DNA of 32,000 nt, taken from contig JBKSMP010000007.1 in the NCBI GenBank assembly GCA_046881885.1, forward strand, positions 1 to 32,000, written 5' to 3'. The position numbers and the translations under genes were made by a program. This stretch comes from Opitutales bacterium. Its GTDB lineage: Bacteria > Verrucomicrobiota > Verrucomicrobiia > Opitutales > UBA9783. This document shows positions 28,095 to 32,000 of the stretch, in pieces. The notes under the pieces were generated by a model that was not told the DNA's origin, did not search any database, and was given only the letters and a program-made list of their open reading frames with translations. Numbering within the stretch: position 1 is the first letter of the stretch; every line of letters starts with the position of its first letter.

Positions 28095-28475
28095 TTATTT
28101 CAATTCAACCTTAGCACCAGCAGCTTCAAGTTTAGCCTTTATTTCTTCGGCTTCTTGCTTGCTAACACCTTCTTTTACAGGTTTTGGCGTACCTTCAACT
28201 AAAGCTTTAGCTTCAATTAAGCCCAAACCGGTAAGACCACGAACTTCCTTAATAACGTTAATCTTGCTGGATCCAGCGTCCACCAAAACAACATCAAATT
28301 CAGTTTTTTCTTCAGCAGAAGCAGCAGCTTCAGCAGGTGCAGCGGCAGCAACAGCAACCGGAGCAGCAGCACTTACGCCCCACTTTTCTTCGAGATCTTT
28401 TACAAGACCTGCGATTTCCAAAACCGATTGATTGCTCAACCATTCAATTACTTGATCTTTTGTTATATCACTCAT
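28095..28475 (-). CDS. rplL: 50S ribosomal protein L7/L12
   Basis: 126 aa. N-terminal dimerisation helix, Ala/Pro-rich hinge ([21 protein letters not shown]) and CTD ..KI.VIKEVR..TGLGL.EAK.LVE..PK.VKEGVSK.EAE.IK.KLE.AGA.VELK. SD AGGAGG lies 4 nt upstream. Confidence 0.97.
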   Translation of the reverse strand: MSDITKDQVIEWLSNQSVLEIAGLVKDLEEKWGVSAAAPVAVAAAAPAEAAASAEEKTEFDVVLVDAGSSKINVIKEVRGLTGLGLIEAKALVEGTPKPVKEGVSKQEAEEIKAKLEAAGAKVELK

Positions 28476-28511
28476 GATTCCTCCTAGAACAGATTAGTAT
28501 TCATCTTTTAA

Positions 28512-28560
28512 TTTCAGACGAAGCGTTTAAGGAGGTAGCCCTCCCTAACCTGACCTGAAA
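28512..28560 (-). other. Two-tier RNA stem-loop in the 89-nt rplJ-rplL spacer
   Basis: Minus-strand RNA: outer UUUCAG/CUGAAA (6 bp), then inner UUAGGGAGG-GCUA-CCUCCUUAA (9 bp including one G-U, tetraloop). The G-U becomes an A-C mismatch on the plus strand, so the fold is strand-specific to the mRNA. Confidence 0.5.
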
Positions 28561-28564
28561 ATTG

Positions 28565-29077
28565 TTATTTATTTTTATCTTCGTAAGCCTTCAAAACGTT
28601 CAATAAAGATTGTGGAACACCTTGCATGACATAGAGACATTGACGATAAGGTGTTAACATTAACGACAACAAGGTTGCACGTAATGTTGGCAAATCTGGC
28701 AACTTGGAAAGTGCTTCTAATGCTGCAACATCGTACAATTGGCCATCCATCAAACCACCTTTAGTAGGCAATTTTTCATTATCTTTGGCAAACTTCAATA
28801 AAATCTTCGCAACACCGGAAGGATTGTTTCCACCAAAAACAACACCGGTTTGTCCTGTTAACCATTGGGTAAAAGAAGGCCATTCCAATTGCTCGCCAAT
28901 CTTACGCAAAAGCGTATTTTGAACAACATGAAATTGAGCTCCTTCTGCTGCTAAAGCCTTACGTAATTCCGTCGTTTCGCTTACGGTCAAACGGTTAAAA
29001 TCAACCAAATACAAAAAATTTGATTCTTTAACCTTGTTGGAAACTTCATTCAATAAAAACGTTTTTTCTATTCTCAT
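28565..29077 (-). CDS. rplJ: 50S ribosomal protein L10
   Basis: 170 aa with ..K......V..K...S.....DF..L.V.....LR..L....A...V.KNTL.. pattern. Sits between rplA and rplL. SD GGAGGG upstream. Confidence 0.94.
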   Translation of the reverse strand: MRIEKTFLLNEVSNKVKESNFLYLVDFNRLTVSETTELRKALAAEGAQFHVVQNTLLRKIGEQLEWPSFTQWLTGQTGVVFGGNNPSGVAKILLKFAKDNEKLPTKGGLMDGQLYDVAALEALSKLPDLPTLRATLLSLMLTPYRQCLYVMQGVPQSLLNVLKAYEDKNK

Positions 29078-29094
29078 TTAAATTCCCTCCGCTG

Positions 29095-29787
29095 TTAAAA
29101 CTTGGCAAACAAGCTTTCTTGTAAAGTCAAACTTGGACTCATGGTTGCGGAAATAGCAGCCCCAAGTACAAATTTTCCACGAAAAACAGATGGACGCGCA
29201 TGCTTAATTGCGTCTAAAGCAGCTTCTGCATTCTCTTTAAGTTTTTCAACACCAAAAGAACGCTTTCCAATACCTAATTGAACGTTTGCTGCCTTGTCCA
29301 TTTTGAACTCAACCCGTCCCTTTTTCAAAGCTTCAACGCAACCAACCACATCTTCGGTAACAGTACCTGCTTTTGGACTTGGCATTAAACCTTTAGGACC
29401 CAAAATACGTGCAAGTGCCTTCACCTCTTTCATGGCTTCTGTTGTGGCAACAGCGACATCAAAATCGAGCCAACCGCCTTTAATTTTTTCCATCAATTCG
29501 GCCATGCCAGCTTCACGAGCACCAGCTTTCAAGGCTTCTTCTGGCTTATTGGTGAAAACAATAATACGAACTTCTTTACCATTTCCATGTGGCAATTGAA
29601 CAATTCCACGAACCATTTGATCGCTTTGACGAGGATCAACAGCCAAATGCAAAGCCAATTCAACGGTTTCATCGAATTTAGGAGCTGGCAATTTTAATAA
29701 AGCTTCTAAAGCAGGAGCCAATTCATATGTTTTTCCTGCATCCAATTGCTCTAAAGCTGAACGATAACGTTTACTGTGAATTTTCAT
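29095..29787 (-). CDS. rplA: 50S ribosomal protein L1
   Basis: MKIHSKRYRSA.. start at ATG 29787 with GAGGAG 6 nt upstream. ..FDETVE.A..L.VDPR..DQ.VRG.V.LPHG.GK. The track TTG at 29805 is rejected. Confidence 0.95.
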   Translation of the reverse strand: MKIHSKRYRSALEQLDAGKTYELAPALEALLKLPAPKFDETVELALHLAVDPRQSDQMVRGIVQLPHGNGKEVRIIVFTNKPEEALKAGAREAGMAELMEKIKGGWLDFDVAVATTEAMKEVKALARILGPKGLMPSPKAGTVTEDVVGCVEALKKGRVEFKMDKAANVQLGIGKRSFGVEKLKENAEAALDAIKHARPSVFRGKFVLGAAISATMSPSLTLQESLFAKF

Positions 29788-29801
29788 GCTTTTCTCCTCA
29801 C

Positions 29802-30230
29802 TCAATCTATGACTTGAATTCCCATGCTACGCGCAGTTCCAGCAATCATTCTGGCAGCATGCTCAACATTCGAAGCATTTAAGTCAGCCATTTTCGTCGT
29901 TGCAATTTCTTCCAACTGCTTGCGCGTTACCGATCCAACCTTATTCTTGTTAGGCTCGCCCGATCCCTTTTGGAGGCCTGCAGCCTTACATAATAAAACC
30001 GATGCCGGTGGAGTTTTTAAAATAAACGTAAACGATTTATCCGCGTAAACCGTAATAACTACAGGAATAATTAAACCTGCTTGATCTTTTGTACGAGCAT
30101 TAAACTCTTTACAAAAGCCCATAATATTTACACCCTTAGCACCCAAAGCTGGACCAACCGGAGGTGCAGGATTCGCAGCACCCGCAGGCAACTGCAGCCT
30201 TATTTCACCAATTACTTTTTTTGTCGCCAT
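29802..30230 (-). CDS. rplK: 50S ribosomal protein L11
   Basis: ..[31 protein letters not shown]......[27 protein letters not shown] upstream. Confidence 0.97.
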   Translation of the reverse strand: MATKKVIGEIRLQLPAGAANPAPPVGPALGAKGVNIMGFCKEFNARTKDQAGLIIPVVITVYADKSFTFILKTPPASVLLCKAAGLQKGSGEPNKNKVGSVTRKQLEEIATTKMADLNASNVEHAARMIAGTARSMGIQVID

Positions 30231-30242
30231 AATGACTCTCCT

Positions 30243-30818
30243 TTATCGTTCGTCTTTTTCCACTTGCCAATATTCTAATTCAACCGGAGTAAAACGTCCA
30301 AAAATCGAAACCGAAATCTTAAGTTTACCGCGTTCCGGATCTACTTCATCTATCGTTCCCGACAAATTCAAGAAAGGACCATCGGTAATCTTAACGGATT
30401 CTCCAACTTCAAAGGCAACCTTCAAAACCTTCTTGCCTTGCGTCGCCTGAACTTGACCGAGAATACCATCCACTTCAGACTGTCTCAACGCAATCGGTTT
30501 GTCACCGCCCATAAAATTGAGAACTCCTTGAACATTTTTTATATACGAAGCAACCGGCTGCAAAAGCTCGCCTGCCTCATCATACAACTCCACAAACAAG
30601 AAAACATAGCCAGGATAAAACTTCCGAACTTTGCTTGTCTTCCTACCATTTTTTACTTCAACCACTGTTTTGGTAGGTACTAAAACAGTTTTAATAAAAT
30701 CTCCAAAACCTTCTGGACCCACAAAACGATCCAAATGGCGCTTAATTTTCAATTCTTGATTGGAAGCCGTCTGAACCGCATACCACTTATGATTACCTTT
30801 GGACTCTAAATTCGACAT
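30243..30818 (-). CDS. nusG: Transcription termination/antitermination factor NusG
   Basis: NGN domain KWYAVQT.SN.E.K....L...., PGYVF and C-terminal KOW ..[13 protein letters not shown]....G.I.EVD.ERGKLK..V.IFGR.TPVEL...QVE. Confidence 0.95.
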   Translation of the reverse strand: MSNLESKGNHKWYAVQTASNQELKIKRHLDRFVGPEGFGDFIKTVLVPTKTVVEVKNGRKTSKVRKFYPGYVFLFVELYDEAGELLQPVASYIKNVQGVLNFMGGDKPIALRQSEVDGILGQVQATQGKKVLKVAFEVGESVKITDGPFLNLSGTIDEVDPERGKLKISVSIFGRFTPVELEYWQVEKDER

Positions 30819-30833
30819 TTTCTAACTTACTAA

Positions 30834-31037
30834 TTAACGGCTTACACAATGCATCAGTAGATCCACAATCTGAAACAACGAAAAATCTACTAAACTAACA
30901 AAAACACCTAAAAAAATAATGCCCAATATAACAGCAATAGTGGATTCTCGCAATTCGCGCCAATTAGGCCACGAAGCTTTTCTTAATTCTTCCACCATTT
31001 CACGTGCGAACGTTCTAATTTTCTTAAAAATCTTCAT
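30834..31037 (-). CDS. secE: Preprotein translocase subunit SecE
   Basis: 67 aa with E.L.KASWP...EL...T..V.. followed by a single TM helix. Sits between tRNA-Trp and nusG. Confidence 0.88.
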   Translation of the reverse strand: MKIFKKIRTFAREMVEELRKASWPNWRELRESTIAVILGIIFLGVFVSLVDFSLFQIVDLLMHCVSR

Positions 31038-31053
31038 AATCTTCTTAGGCTTT

Positions 31054-31129
31054 TGGCAGGAGAAGAGGGACTCGAACCCCCAACCGACGGTTTTGGAGAC
31101 CGCTGCGCTACCAATTGCGCCATTCTCCT
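31054..31129 (-). tRNA. tRNA-Trp (anticodon CCA)
   Basis: Reverse complement: acceptor AGGAGAA/TTCTCCT, D arm GCGC-AATTGGTA-GCGC, anticodon arm GCGGT-CTCCAAA-ACCGT, T arm GGGGG-TTCGAGT-CCCTC, discriminator G, encoded CCA. Confidence 0.92.
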
Positions 31130-31206
31130 ACACTTCTTTACAATAAAGATTTCGGGATGCTCTCATTTTGTCAACGAAAAAACACCCCGTTTTTTATTTT
31201 TTACAA

Positions 31207-32000
31207 TTAAGCAATAACTTCAACAATACGTCCAGCACCAATTGTACGGCCACCTTCACGCATAGCGAAACGTTGACCTTTTTCCATAGCAACGGCCTTA
31301 CCCAACTCAATTGTAATTCCCAAGTTGTCTCCTGGCATTACCATTTCAACACCATCTGGCAACTCACAAATACCGGTAACGTCTGCAGTACCAAAGAAGA
31401 ATTGAGGACGATATCCCTTAAAGAATGGGGTATGACGACCACCTTCATCCTTAGTCAAAACGTAAATCTCAGCCTTAGCTTTGGTGTGAGGAGTAATCGA
31501 ACCTGGCTTTGCCAATACTTGTCCACGCTCAACATCCTTCTTTTCAATACCTCTCAACAAGACACCAACATTATCACCTGCTTGACCTTGATCCAACAAC
31601 TTATGGAACATTTCAACACCGGTACAGGTTGTCGAACGGGTTTCTGCCAATCCAACGATTTCAACCGTTTCACCAACTTTGATGCAACCACGTTCAATAC
31701 GTCCGGTTACAACCGTTCCACGTCCTGTAATGCTGAATACGTCTTCAATAGACATCAAGAAAGGCTTATCCAAGTCGTGTTCTGGAACAGGAATATCGCG
31801 ATCAACTGCATCCAACAAATCAGAAACAGACTTAACCCATTCTGGCTTTCCTTCCAAAGCACCCAAAGCAGATCCACGAACAACCGTAATATCGTCACCA
31901 GCATATTCGTACTTCTTCAAAAGGTCACGAACTTCCATTTCAACCAAGTCCAACAATTCTGGATCGTCTACCAAATCTACTTTATTCAAGAAAACAACGA
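31207..32000 (-). CDS. tuf: Translation elongation factor Tu, C-terminal ~264 codons (5' part beyond the window edge)
   Basis: ..[25 protein letters not shown].., domains II/III ..[20 protein letters not shown].., ..[16 protein letters not shown]... and ..REGGRT.GAG.. end. The frame is open to position 32000. Confidence 0.97.
   Translation of the reverse strand, partial: VVFLNKVDLVDDPELLDLVEMEVRDLLKKYEYAGDDITVVRGSALGALEGKPEWVKSVSDLLDAVDRDIPVPEHDLDKPFLMSIEDVFSITGRGTVVTGRIERGCIKVGETVEIVGLAETRSTTCTGVEMFHKLLDQGQAGDNVGVLLRGIEKKDVERGQVLAKPGSITPHTKAKAEIYVLTKDEGGRHTPFFKGYRPQFFFGTADVTGICELPDGVEMVMPGDNLGITIELGKAVAMEKGQRFAMREGGRTIGAGRIVEVIA

Noticed and set aside
29788-29805. TTG-initiated 6-codon extension of rplA (MSEEKS)
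   Set aside because: The extension itself contains the GAGGAG Shine-Dalgarno for ATG 29787, which gives the canonical L1 start MKIHSKRY.
1903-31146. All plus-strand ORFs in the supplied track (e.g. 1903..2217, 2889..3179, 5260..5688, 7915..8343, 17189..17755, 22471..22917, 24358..24702, 28159..28431, 29294..29599, 30919..31146)
   Set aside because: Each lies antisense within a strongly supported minus-strand core gene, or across tRNA-Trp. Their translations are low-complexity or Ser/Thr/Phe/Asn-rich with no recognisable motifs. They are shadow ORFs expected opposite well-conserved coding frames.
31169-31174. TTGACA box (minus strand) between tuf and tRNA-Trp as a promoter
   Set aside because: The sequence at 17-nt spacing is AATCTT. 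The nearest TA-rich hexamers (TTTATT, TATTGT) are 21-23 nt away, so it cannot be supported from sequence alone.
31176-31203. Hairpin AAAAAAC-GGGGU-GUUUUUU after the tuf stop as an intrinsic terminator
   Set aside because: The stem is six A-U pairs plus one C-G pair, and the U run is part of the stem rather than following it. It is too weak to call, and read-through into tRNA-Trp/secE is more likely.

Overview
This window is almost entirely one co-directional minus-strand array of core transcription and translation genes. In transcription order (right to left): tuf (3' part, runs off the right edge), tRNA-Trp, secE, nusG, rplK-rplA-rplJ-rplL, rpoB-rpoC, rpsL-rpsG-fusA, the S10 block (rpsJ to rpsQ), the spc block (rplN to secY, then map) and the alpha block (rpsM-rpsK-rpsD-rpoA-rplQ). 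Most junctions are 1-25 nt or overlap (TAATG, ATGA), and purine-rich Shine-Dalgarno boxes are visible. The standard genetic code applies, and the DNA is AT-rich (roughly 40% G+C by eye, not computed).

Only the left ~2.7 kb is not textbook. It holds a zeta-toxin-family P-loop kinase homologue directly after rplQ, then tRNA-Asn, then a ~120-aa conserved hypothetical. That small protein looks, from memory, like the PVC-restricted Minf_1886/TIGR04138 family. Next come a tRNA-CAT/tRNA-Arg pair, an unrecognised Cys-rich multipass membrane protein, and an AT-rich spacer with a tandem palindromic repeat in front of a gene that leaves the window.

I found no CRISPR array, mobile element, rRNA or obvious defence or biosynthetic system. 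I cannot honestly claim a clearly novel system here. The best candidates for follow-up are:
- the antitoxin-less zeta-like kinase wired into the ribosomal alpha operon;
- the tRNA-abutted small gene;
- several structured spacers in places where the canonical r-protein leaders have no room;
- lineage-specific extensions: an extra C-terminal hydrophobic helix on SecY, acidic tails on S11 and L17, and an Arg7 triplet-repeat tract in RpoB.

The lineage guess (PVC superphylum or a relative) is weak inference only.
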